From positions 2,811 to 66,810 of the forward strand of contig DIUG01000068.1 in assembly GCA_002422305.1 (NCBI GenBank): a stretch of 64,000 nucleotides of DNA, in the 5' to 3' direction. Below, in pieces: positions 48,442 through 59,639 of this stretch. A program made the translations under genes and the position numbers. How positions within the stretch are numbered: the first letter of the stretch is position 1; each line of letters starts with the position of its first letter. The notes beneath the pieces are model-generated. The model made no database searches. It had not been told where the DNA came from and saw only the letters and a list, made by a program, of their open reading frames with translations. Source of the stretch: Patescibacteria group bacterium UBA6164. Its GTDB lineage: Bacteria; Patescibacteriota; Gracilibacteria; BD1-5; UBA6164.

Positions 48442-48518
48442 ACATATATTGATTTTTAATAAATTTTAGTTATTATATAATAAAGTCATAAAAAATCAAT
48501 TATTAATAATAAGTATAA

Positions 48519-49226
48519 ATGATAAATATAAAAAAAATTGCAATTATTCCTGCAAGATGAGGTTCAAAATGAATCCCTAAAAAAAATATTGTAGAATTAT
48601 CTTGAAAACCTTTAGTTAATTATAGTATTGAAGCTGCTATTAAGTCTAAGTGTTTTGATAAAATATGTGTTGCAACAGATTCTTCAGATATAATTAAGGT
48701 TGCTTCCACTTATGATGTTGAAATTATTAGATTACCTAGTGATTTAACTACCGATGAATCTAAAATGATAGATGTTGTTTTATTTGTATTAAATTATTAC
48801 GAAGATAATAATGAAAAATTTAACATTACTATATTATTACAGCCTACTTCACCATTAAGAACATATATTGATATACAAAATGCTTTAAAAGAATATTTAA
48901 ATTTAAATAAATATAATAGTCTAGTTAGTTTTTGTGAAACTAATGAACATCCATATAAAAGTTTCTTGTATAATGATAATGAAATAAAACCAGTTTTCTG
49001 AGAAGAATATATTTCTCTACCTAGACAATTATTACCAAAAACAATACAACAAAATTGAGCAATTTATATAAATAAAGTAGAAGATTTAAGAAAAAATAAA
49101 AGTTTTTTTACTCAACCTGTGTATCCCTTTATAATGGATGAATTATCATCTATTGATATAGATAAAAAACTTGATTTACTATTTGCAGAATTTTGTATAA
49201 ATAACTCCAATAAATATGAAAAATAA
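48519..49226 (+). CDS. neuA: acylneuraminate cytidylyltransferase (CMP-nonulosonate synthetase)
   Basis: IAIIPARGGSKGIPKKN, LLQPTSPLRT. Contains track ORF 48765..49001. Confidence 0.85.
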
Positions 49227-49836
49227 TTTATACTATTCATCATTTATTTTTTTAATATGATGAGCTTTTCAAGGAAAAAGTCTAATTTCTATTAAAATTG
49301 CTGAAAAATATAATTTTTCTGGTGTAATATCAACAGATTTATTTAGAAATATTTTAAGAATTAATAATCCTACGAATGCAATATTATGTTCAACTTCAAA
49401 ATTAAATGATGATATTTTTAATATACAAAGAAAAGAAGTATCAGATTTATTATATAAAACTCTAGATTTTTATGCTGATAGAAAAGAAAAGTTGGTTATT
49501 GAATGAGTACACTTTTCAAAAGATTTCCTAAAGTTTGCTTTGAAAAATTGAGCTAAATGTATTTGTTTAAATAATTCGCTTCCTTGGAGAGATAAAGTAA
49601 ATCTTAAAAAAATAACTACTCCTATAACAAGGGTAATTAATAGAGATACTTTAGAAGAAAATTTTGCTAACCATACAGAAGATTTAAATATAGAGGATAT
49701 TTTCTACACACATAAAGAAAAAGAATATAGTTTAATGCATAACATTATATTATCTGATGTAAAGGAATTAGGTATTAATATTATATCTTATAGTAGTATT
49801 GATGAGGCAATTATTAAAATAAAAGAATTTATTTAA
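49216..49836 (+). CDS. P-loop kinase (2-phosphoglycerate-kinase/zeta-toxin-like fold)
   Basis: Walker A LIGGAFQGKS. Overlaps the neuA stop by 11 nt. Confidence 0.45.
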
Positions 49837-49997
49837 AAAATTATTAACTAATAATTCATAATGATAAACAAATCCATAAAATGATATAACTATTAATAAT
49901 GATTATACTAATTATTCATAATAATTGATAAAAATATATAAATACATTTATTATTTTACATTTATGAAATTGATAAAAATATAATACTAAAAAATAT

Positions 49998-50211
49998 AGT
50001 TCTAAAAAAGACTTGCTTATAGATTAAGTAAGTCTTTTTGTAGTATTTAAATGATTTAGTCTGCATTTTTCTTTTTTCTTCTGTAGTACTCCATTGGTTT
50101 TCATTGATATTTATAATAGTTTGTGAAATCTTCTTTATATAGAGCATTAATATCATACTCAAGGGGGGTTGATTCAAAAAAAGTTCTCAATTCTATTATT
50201 GTGCTCCACCA
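49998..50211 (+). repeat. junction repeat R2
   Basis: Near-identical to R1 over most of its length. Ends in GCTCCACCA at 50203-50211 and is followed by the hairpin ctcaagttttatgatttgag plus a T-run. Confidence 0.8.
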
Positions 50212-50369
50212 TTTTTTATTTATTATTAAGCTAAAAGCTCAAGTTTTATGATTTGAGTTTTTTGTTTTTTCTAAAAAGTTGCATTTCGTGGTAGATTGTA
50301 AGAATTAAAAATTGACAAAAAATTATTTTTTTGTATAAAATTAATAATTTTATTATCTAATTTATTTTT

Positions 50370-51608
50370 ATGATTAAAATACTTGATAACTATTATAAAT
50401 CTATAAACAAAGAAGATTATGAGTTTGTAGAAAGAAAATGAATTTGACATCCTGATACATTATCAGATTTAATAGCTGAAATTTTTGTTATTAATTATTC
50501 AAATTATACAAAATCTAAATATTGATATATTCCAAACCATTGGGTTGATAAAGTTCTTTTATCTGGAGCAAAATCAGAAGTAAAATTTTGAGATTATACA
50601 ATTATAAAACCTATAAGATGTTACTTATTTTGAAAAGTAACCCAAAAGATAGAAAATGAAGATATACCAATTTATTCAATTTTTAAAGATAGTGTATTTC
50701 AAGTTTTCACTAAAATATTTAAAAATTTGGATATATTAAATTATATTGATTTAATAGTTGATATTAATGATTGAATTTGAGTTGGAAGACCAAAAAATTG
50801 GTATCAACCTAAAAATACTCAAGAGGTTCAAGATTCAAACAATAAATTAAGATCAAATGATAGTGTTATTTGTTCTGCTTATTCTCCACTATCTTGACTG
50901 GAAAAAATAGTTATTTTTTTAGAAAATTATATTAATTGATTTAAATTTAAAAATAATTTTCCATTTACTGGATATGATGTAAAAGTACTTGCAAATAGAA
51001 AATTAAATGATATTGATATAACAATTTGTATTCCTTTTTTAGCTAAATTAACACCTAATAAAGAATTTTATTATAAAAATATAGAAATTATTAATACTGA
51101 TTTAAAAAATCAATTAGAAAAATATTTAAAATTAAATAATTTAAATTTTAATCTAAATAACATTTTTATAAATAATCGTGATGAATGAGATATTGTATAT
51201 ATGGTGCCATTTTGATCAGCATTAGATACTTGAGATTATGGAGTAGTTGGTCGTTGAAATAAGTATAATTGAGTAATTTCAATCGTAAGAGAAAGTAATA
51301 TTGAAGCATTTTCTTGAAAAAATCCAATATACCATGGTTGAAAATTATTTAATTATATCGCATGAAAGATTTCAGAAGAAATATATTTACAATTATGATA
51401 TGAGAATTATGTAAATATAGTTGCAAAAGTTTGAGATAATATAGATAATCCACATGAGGTTTTAGTAAAAATAGTTTGAGATGTAAAAGATAATACGAAT
51501 ATAGTTAATGAAATTGTAAATATTAATTTAAAATCAATTACTAATATTCACGAATGACTTTTAAACTATAATCCTATTTTAAGATTTAATCCAAATTTAT
51601 ATGAATAA
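50370..51608 (+). CDS. archaeal-type S-adenosylmethionine synthetase
   Basis: VERKGIGHPDTLSD and ALDTGDYGVVGRGNKYNGVISIVRESNIEAFSGKNPIYHGGKLFN parallel the archaeal MAT blocks ERKGLGHPDS and GDDGSVGRGNRVNGLI...EAASGKNPVNHVGK. Confidence 0.8.
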
Positions 51609-52626
51609 AATTAAAATCTGATTAATTTGAATTTGAAATTGTGCAAAATCAATAGTTGAATGAATACAATACTATAAAGAACATTCTCATAAAGAAGTTT
51701 TTTGATATAAAATTAGCGATATTGATATTGTATGTGCAATTGATATAGGAAAAAATAAAGTTTGAAAAGATTTGAATTTGGCTATTTATGAGTTTCCAAA
51801 TAATGCTTATACTATTAAAAAAGTTGAAAATATTTCATGAGTTAAAGTTATATTATGAAATACATTAGAAGGTGTCTTTGATAAGACAATTCATTTAGTA
51901 AGTCCTATTGATAATATAGAGTTTAATGAATTATTCTTTATTGAAGAAATAAAAAAATCATGAGCAGAAATTTTTATAAATATGCTTCCTACTTGATCTG
52001 ATAAAGCATCTCATTATTATGCAGATTTGATAATTAATAAATTAGGATTATCTTTTATAAATTGAATTCCTTCAAAAATTATAAATTCATGAAAATATCA
52101 TAGTAAAAAATCTGTTTTAGTTTGAGATGATATTAAAAGTCAATTATGAGGTTCTATTCTTAATAGATATATTAACAAAATTTTTAATATAAGAGATAAT
52201 TTATTTTTAGATAAAATGTATCAAATTAATTATGCATGAAATACAGATTTTTTAAACTTAATGTATAGATGAGAAAGTAAACATAAATCTAAAAAAAATG
52301 CTGTTTCAAATTTTGATAATATTCATGTTCCTACGTCCATTAATGTTTCTTATGTAGAAAATATGTGAGATAGAAAGACTTGTAAAATAAATTATGAATG
52401 AAGAAATTTTTGAAATGCTCCTTTTAATATAAAAGTTGAAATGGAAGTTGAAGATAGTCCAAATTTTGCTTGATCTATGCTAGATGTAGTAAGATATGTA
52501 CAAAAGTCATTAGATTTAGAAAATTATTGAATACTTGAAAATGTATCGGCTTTATATATGAAAACTCCACCTAAATCCATTGATGAGGAACTTGCTCTAA
52601 AAAATATAAATAATTTTATTTTTTAA
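51601..52626 (+). CDS. myo-inositol-1-phosphate synthase (short archaeal/bacterial type)
   Basis: N-terminal IGLIGIGNCAKSIVEGIQYY, GDDIKSQLGGS, NYAGNTDF. Overlaps the previous stop by 8 nt. Confidence 0.7.
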
Positions 52627-52637
52627 TTTGTGATAAT

Positions 52638-53922
52638 ATGCAATATAAATCTTTAGAAGAGAAATTAATATTACAAGATAGAGAAAAAAAAGAATTATCA
52701 CAACAAATAGATAATTTAATAATGAGTTATTGATTACAAATTAATTCAATACTAAAAGACAAAGAAGTCTCATGATTCATATCAAGAATAGATAGTGATG
52801 AAAATTATTTATATTTTTATTTAACAAATCAGTATTGAACTCAAAAATTCTTTTTAAGTAAAAATATTTTAAAAGATGATGATATAATACTACTTAAAAA
52901 TTTATTAAATTCTAATGTTTCAATAATTACTCAAGATTGAGAAGTTAAGTGATTAAAAGTAAATTGAATATCTATTAATAATGAATTTATTAATGATAAT
53001 CAAATAGATTTAGTATGACAAGAGGAGCAAAGAAAGAGAAAGTATTATAAAAAATATTAGAAGATACTTTGAAAATAATTGATTTATAGAAATTGAAACA
53101 CCCATTTTATGACCAGTATTTAGTGAATATGCTGATGAAAGTTTTTTAGTTTATGATGAAAAATTAGGATGAGTATATTCTTTACCACAATCACCCCAAG
53201 TTTATAAACAATTATCTATTTTATCTGGAGTTCAAAAATATTTTCAAATTGCTAGATGTTTTAGAAGAGATGCTGATAGTGAATTTAAAAAAATTGAATT
53301 TACTCAAATGGATGTTGAAGTTGCAAATATGGCATCTAAGGATATTAGAAGAATATTAGAAAATTTAGTAAAAGAATTATTTAAATTAAAGTGAATAAAT
53401 TTAGATTGAGATATTCCTGTTTTTACTTATCAAGAAGCAATGAGTAAATTTTGAACAGAAAAACCAATTTTAGAGTGAAAAGATTATTCATTATGTTGGG
53501 TAATTCAGAGCCCTATGTTTGAAATGTCAAATTGAAAAATTCAGCCAAGTCATCACATAGTTTCAAAACCTCTTGAAGAAGATTTAGAATTATTAGAGAA
53601 CAATCCTTTATCTGTTAGATGAGATAATTATGATTTAATCTTTAATTGACAAGAAGTTGCTGGTTGAGATATTAGAATAAATGATCCATTATTACAATAT
53701 AAAATGTTGAAACTTATCTGATACTCAGATGAATATATTGAAGAATATTATTCTTGGTATATAGAAGCATTATCTAATTGATGTCCTCCTCATGGATGAT
53801 TTGCTACTTGAGTAGAAAGGATAGTTACACTATTAAATAAAAATAAAGATATTTCAAAATATATAATGTTTCCAAAATATGCTAATTGAGAACCAATATC
53901 TTGATTTCCTAAAAAAATGTAA
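52638..53922 (+). pseudogene. AspRS-like class II aminoacyl-tRNA-synthetase paralog split by a +1 frameshift
   Basis: The first frame runs 52638-53060 (TAG). The catalytic core reads from 53014 in the +1 frame: IRRYFENNGFIEIETPIL, SPQVYKQ, RCFRRDADSEFKKIEFTQMDVE (motif 2), GCPPHGGFATGVERIVTLL (motif 3). Ends at TAA 53920-53922. Confidence 0.65.
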
Positions 53923-53925
53923 AAT

Positions 53926-54519
53926 ATGAAAAAAATATGAATTGATATAGATGATGTTATGAATGATTTTATTTCATTTATAATTGATGAATTAAATTTT
54001 TATACTTGAAAAAAAATTAAAAATACAGATATTGATTTTTGGCATTTAAATCAAATATGGTGAGTATCTTTTGATGAATTAAAAGATATTTATAAGAAAT
54101 CGGATATTTATAGTAAAGTACCTTTATTACAAGAAAATATAGATATTATTAAAAGGTTAGAAAATAAAAACTATCAAATAATTTTTATAACAAGTAGATT
54201 TTTATATCACGATTACGATACAAAAAATGTAACTAAAATGTTATTTAGAAAGTTTTGATTAGATAATGATATTTATATTTGAATGAATAAGTCCTCTGTT
54301 TGTAAAGAATTATGAATAAATATATTTATAGATGACGCATTATATAATTGCTTGGATGTTAAAAATAATAATGATAATATTGATGTATTTATATTGGATA
54401 AATTGTGGAACTGAGAAAAAGAATTAAAAAGATTAGAAAAAGAATGATTTGATGTTAAAAATATGGATCAAATAAATAGAATTTATTCTCTTAATGATTT
54501 ATTATTATGAATAAATTAG
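53926..54519 (+). CDS. HAD-superfamily 5'(3')-deoxyribonucleotidase-like phosphatase
   Basis: N-terminal IGIDIDDV (DxDx motif) and FIDDA near the C-terminus. Confidence 0.6.
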
Positions 54520-55421
54520 ATATTACAAAATCTCTTTGTGAATTATATTGATTAGATTCTAATGAATTAAAAATAATAAAAGAAAGAAGAAATTGAACTT
54601 TATTATTAAGTGATACAGTAAATTATTATAGAGTAGGATTAATAAATATTTTAGATAAAGAACTATATTATCATTTATTATTTGAAAAGTATTGATTTAA
54701 AGTACCTAAAATCGTGGCTTCTTTTAAACAAGGTAATTTTTTATATATAAAAGAATCAAGTATTTGAAATGAACATTTTTGAAAAAAACTTAACAATAAC
54801 ATATCTAATAAAGATGAATTTGAGTTAGTATTTGAAAATATGTTAAATATTTGTAATGAGTATTTTATTAGACAAAAAAATATATGTGATAAACCTATAA
54901 GTATAGATGAGATTTTAACATCATTTAAAGTTGAATGTTTTTTAAAAGAATTTTTTTTAAACAAAGAATTGTATAATCTTGCAAATGAAATAAAAACTAA
55001 AATAGTTAGTATTTTATGAAGTAATCAATATTGAGAATTAACTCACTGAGATTTCAATCCTTTTAATATTTTAGAGGGCTGAATAATTGATTTTGAAAAT
55101 TCTCTTATATGACCAATAAATACAGATAAATTATCCTTTTTATTCACACAAATTGAGGTACCTAAAAATTGAACTGAATTAAATCAATATTATAAATTAG
55201 ATGTTAATAATCTTGATAAAATCTTAAAAATATTTAATTATTCATGAAATTATGATTATTTGTTTATTTTAAAATTATTTTGGTTGACAGTTAATCTATC
55301 TGATAAACCATTGTTACAACAATATAGAATTAACAATTTTAAAAAATATTGAAATCAATTTTTAATATGATGAACAGTATTAGAGAATTTTATAGATTTT
55401 TATTTATATAATGATAATTAA
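54507..55421 (+). CDS. aminoglycoside/choline-kinase-family (APH-fold) small-molecule kinase
   Basis: LTHGDFNPFNILEGGIIDFENS (the H.D....N...DFE catalytic block). Confidence 0.6.
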
Positions 55422-55432
55422 AAAATTAAAGT

Positions 55433-56011
55433 ATGATAATTTGAATAGAGTGATGAATATGTTCGTGAAAAACAACGATATCAAAATTATTAGCTGAAAA
55501 AATAAATTGAGTTTTTATTGAAGAACATACTCCAAGAATAAAAAATAAAGAGGCATTTAATTTAGATTTTAAATCTGAAACTGACTTCAAAAAAGCATTT
55601 AATTATTTTTTAGATGTTGAATTAGAAAGAAATTTAGATTTAATTAAAAATAAAGTTTATATTTTTGATAGAACTATTTATAGTTTATTATGATTTGCTT
55701 ATGCTAAATGAAAAATTGATAAATTAAATTATTTAAGTACTATTAGTGATAAAGAATATAAAACAAAAATAGGCAAAATAGATTTTATTTTTATTATAAA
55801 AATTGATAATGATACTAGAATTAGCAGATTAGATAATGATATTTTTAGAAAAAATAATACTCCAGAGTTATTTTATAAATATGATTTTAATGAATATAAT
55901 AATTATTATTTAGAAAATATTAATCATAATAAAAAATTTTATATAAACTGAAATGATTCAATAGAAAATATTTTAAATTTTATCTTAAAAACAATATGAA
56001 AAAGTATTTAA
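55433..56011 (+). CDS. deoxynucleoside/nucleotide kinase-like P-loop protein
   Basis: MIIGIEGGICSGKTT Walker A. Confidence 0.6.
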
Positions 56012-57012
56012 ATTTCATTCTATTAAAACCAGATTTATTAAATAGAAACTTAGAAGAATCTGTAAAACAAGAATTAATAAATAAAGGTATTACTATTATG
56101 TATGAATGAAATAAAATCATAGATAATAATGATATTGATTGTTTATATGGTTTTTTAAGAAATAAATCTTTTTTTTCAGTATTAGAAAAAAGTTTAATTC
56201 AAAAAAAAATAATTTATTATGTGGTATTATCAAATTATTCTTTTGATGTTTTTGATAAAATTATTGGGGAAACTGACCCTAGTCATGCCAATAAAGACTC
56301 ATTAAGAAACAAGTTTTGATTATCTATTTTAGAAAACTCTATACATTCGTCTAAAAAACATTTAATTGTAAAAGAAATTAAACATTTTCTTAAAAATAAT
56401 GATTTTGAGCAATTGTTAGAATTAATAAATAATTTTTATTTTGAAAATAAAATAACATTACACTGATGATCAACTTCAGAATATTGTGAAAATAATTTAA
56501 ATTTCTATAATTCTATATTATCAGATTATATAGAATGAGAAGATAGTATTTTATATATTCCATTTGCTTGATATGATAAAGATTGGAATACAGAAAAAAT
56601 TAGTAATAATTTAGAAAAATTTTTATGAAAAAAATACAATGTAATTTTATGAAAAAAATACAATGTAATTTTATGAAATCTAGATAATTTAGATAATCAA
56701 ATTTTATATTCAAAATATATTTATATAAATTGATGAGATTATAAAAAACTATTCAATTATATTTGATATTTAAAAGATAAAAAATATTTATTACATTGAA
56801 AAAATATTATTTGAGTTTCTGCATGAGCAAATATATTATCAAAATATAGTTATTCAAATGATTATAATGAAGTTTTTGAGTGAATTTGATTATTAGATAT
56901 AAAAACTATATGTCACTTTAATTGAGATAGTAAATTAATTGAAATTTTAAAAAATAAATGAGAAAATACTAATATTATCAATTTGAAAGAAAAAGAAATA
57001 GTATCATTATAG
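55996..57012 (+). CDS. nucleoside-diphosphate-kinase-like domain fused to an unknown C-terminal domain (338 aa)
   Basis: FILLKPDLLNR..., DSLRNKFG, ENSIHSSKK (NDK N..H motif). Contains a 24-bp in-frame tandem duplication. Confidence 0.55.
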
Positions 57013-57096
57013 ATAATAATTCATAATGAAATAAATCCATGTAATTTTTCAATCTACTAAAATTATTTATAAGTAAAATTATTATACTAAAATTAT

Positions 57097-57309
57097 AGTT
57101 CTTATATATGTATGCTTATATATAAAACAATAAAAAGAAAAGAAGAATACTAAAAAAACTAGCATTTTTCTTTTTTCTTTTTATAATACTCAAGAGTTTT
57201 TCATTGATATTTGTAATATTCAATAAAATCCTCTTTATATAGAGCATTAATATCATACTCAAGGGTCGATTTAAAAAAAGTTCAAGAGTTCTATTATTGT
57301 GCTCCACCA
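57097..57309 (+). repeat. junction repeat R3 (more diverged 5' half)
   Basis: The 3' half is conserved with R1/R2 (ttttcattgatattt...ctttatatagagcattaatatcatactcaag...ctattattgtGCTCCACCA at 57301-57309). Followed by the hairpin tagcactaaa...tttagtgcta. Confidence 0.75.
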
Positions 57310-57437
57310 AATAAATAAAAATTAGCACTAAATGAGTTTTTTCTCTTTAGTGCTATTTACTTAAGTTCGACAAAAATAGCATGTTTTAGCACTTTTTAAG
57401 TGAAATATTATAAAAATAATATATTGTTTAATAAAAA

Positions 57438-57480
57438 TGCCTTAAAATATGGAGTTCGACCGAGTTCAAATCTTACAAGG
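57438..57480 (+). other. degenerate remnant of a tmRNA 3' end (T-arm)
   Basis: gcctt...cgaccGAGTTCaAATCTtAC compares with tmRNA gccttccgagacgtGAGTTCgAATCTcAC. The acceptor/CCA part is not conserved. Extra agttcga fragments lie at 57363 and 57452. Confidence 0.45.
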
Positions 57481-57508
57481 TGTAAAACTATTTTTTAATA
57501 AAAAATCT

Positions 57509-59083
57509 ATGTCAGAAGCACAAAAACAATTACTAGAAAAACAACTTTGGAGTATAGCTGATGAGCTAAGATGAAAAATGTCAGCTGATGAATTTAGAGA
57601 TTATATTTTAGGGTTTATTTTTTATAAATATTTATCTGAAAAAATTCAATTAAAAGCAAATAAATTATTACAAGATTGATGAATAAATAAAAAATATAAT
57701 GAATTAAATGAAAAATCTGAATCTGATATTATTGAAGCTATAAAAGAAGAATGTATAGAAGATTTGGGTTATTTTTTAGTACCTTCAGAATTATTTTGTG
57801 AAATAGCAAAAAAGTGAAATAGTACAAGTGAAAAAAATGATACAAATTTCATTCTTGATGATTTACAAAAGATATTAAAAAATATAGAAAGTTCAACTAT
57901 GTGAACAGATAGTGAAGATGATTTTGATGATTTATTTGCCGATTTAGATTTAACTTCTCAAAAATTAGGAAAAACTGCAGAGCAAAAAAATACTCTTGTT
58001 TCAAAAATATTATGACATCTTGATAAGATAGATTTTGCTTTGGAAAATACTCAAATCGATGTTTTGTGAGATGCTTATGAATATCTTATTTGACAATTTG
58101 CAAGTGGAGCTGGGAAAAAAGCAGGAGAATTTTACACACCACAACAAGTTTCAACAATTCTTGCAAAACTAGTAACTAGTTGAAAAAATCAATTAAAATC
58201 AGTTTATGATCCAACTTGTTGAAGTTGAAGTTTACTTTTGAGAGTTGCAAAGCAAGTAAAACAAGTATGAGAGTTTTTTGGTCAAGAAATGAATAGAACT
58301 ACATACAATCTTGCTCGTATGAATATGATTTTACATGATGTAAATTATAGAAATTTTGATATAAAACAAGAAGATACTCTAGAAAATCCACAACATAGAG
58401 ATAATAGATTTGAAGCAATAGTTGCAAATCCTCCTTTTTCTGCTATTTGGAAAGCTGATTCTTTAAAACTTACTGATGATAGATTTAGTCAATATGGAAA
58501 ATTAGCACCAAGTTCAAAAGCTGATTTTGCTTTTATACAACATATGATTTATCAACTTGATGATAATGGTGTCATGGCTGTAGTTGTACCACATTGAGTT
58601 TTGTTTAGATGATGAGCAGAATGACATATAAGAAGATATTTAATAGAAAATAAAAATTATCTTGATACTGTTATCGGTTTACCTGCAAACATATTTTATG
58701 GAACTTCAATTCCTACTTGTATTTTAGTATTTAAAAAATGTAGAGAAAATCCTGAAAATGTGTTTTTTATAGATGCTTCAAATGATTTTGAAAAACAAAA
58801 AAATCAAAATAAACTTAGAGATTCTGATATAGAAAAAATTATAGATACTTATAAAAATAGAAAGCAATTAGAAAAATATTCTCACATTGCCAGTTTAGAA
58901 GAAATAGCAGAAAATGATTATAATCTAAATATTCCTCGTTATGTAGATACTTTTGAAGAAGAAGAGCAAATTGATCTAGATTTAGTTGCAAATAGAATTA
59001 TAGAAATAGAAAAAGAAAGCAAGGAACTTAATGAAAAAATAAAAAATTATTGTGAGGAGTTAGGAATTAAAAGTCCTTTTTAA
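57509..59083 (+). CDS. hsdM: Type I restriction-modification system methyltransferase subunit
   Basis: LWSIADELRG, GAGKKAGEFYTPQQVS, YDPTCGSGSLL, IVANPPFS. Contains track ORFs 58289..58597 and 58760..59083. An in-frame upstream ATG at 57449 is possible but overlaps the tmRNA remnant. Confidence 0.9.
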
Positions 59084-59093
59084 TAATAGAAAT

Positions 59094-59639
59094 ATGATAA
59101 ATAAAATTACATTTAAAGAAGAAGATATAACAATATATGAAGCTAAAAATATTTTAGATATTTATTTTGATTCTAAAAATGAAAATTATAAAAAATGACT
59201 AAAAGAAATTACTCCATTTGAATGATGACCATTTAAGAATTACTTTTATAAACTTATAGCTTATTTCTGAATTAAAAAAGAATTAAAAAATAATAAAAAG
59301 GCTTTTGTTTATAGATTAGCATTGATTACATGAATTACTAAGTCCAATAAAGAATATTTTTATTTAAAATGATTAGTAAATTGAGAATCTAAAGTATTTT
59401 TTTATATATCTAGAAAATCTATTAAATCTAAGAAAAATATTTTTATAGATAAAATGATATCAATTGAAAAATGATTATGAAGACAAGCTATAAACGATTT
59501 ATGTGATTATTATAATATTTACAATATAGTTGTAGAACCTTCAAAATATTGAATTTGATTTTGGGAAAAAATGAAGAAAGAATATAAGTGAAAAATTAAT
59601 ATAACAATAAAAAAAATTAATAATCTATGACACAAATAA
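59094..59639 (+). CDS. hypothetical protein (181 aa) inserted between hsdM and hsdS
   Basis: ATG 59094 to TAA 59637-59639. Overlaps the hsdS start by 13 nt. No recognisable domain. Confidence 0.5.

Larger units (their letters stand above)
43092..50211. mobile_element. recombinase-less cassette (module 2) bounded by R1 and R2
   Basis: A 7.1-kb segment between two GCTCCACCA-terminated repeats. Confidence 0.4.
50212..57309. mobile_element. recombinase-less cassette (module 3) bounded by R2 and R3
   Basis: A 7.1-kb segment between GCTCCACCA-terminated repeats. Confidence 0.4.

Noticed and set aside
57449-57508. Earlier in-frame ATG for hsdM
   Set aside because: The 20 extra codons are the tmRNA T-arm remnant read as protein. 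HsdM homology begins after ATG 57509. It is kept as a possibility only.
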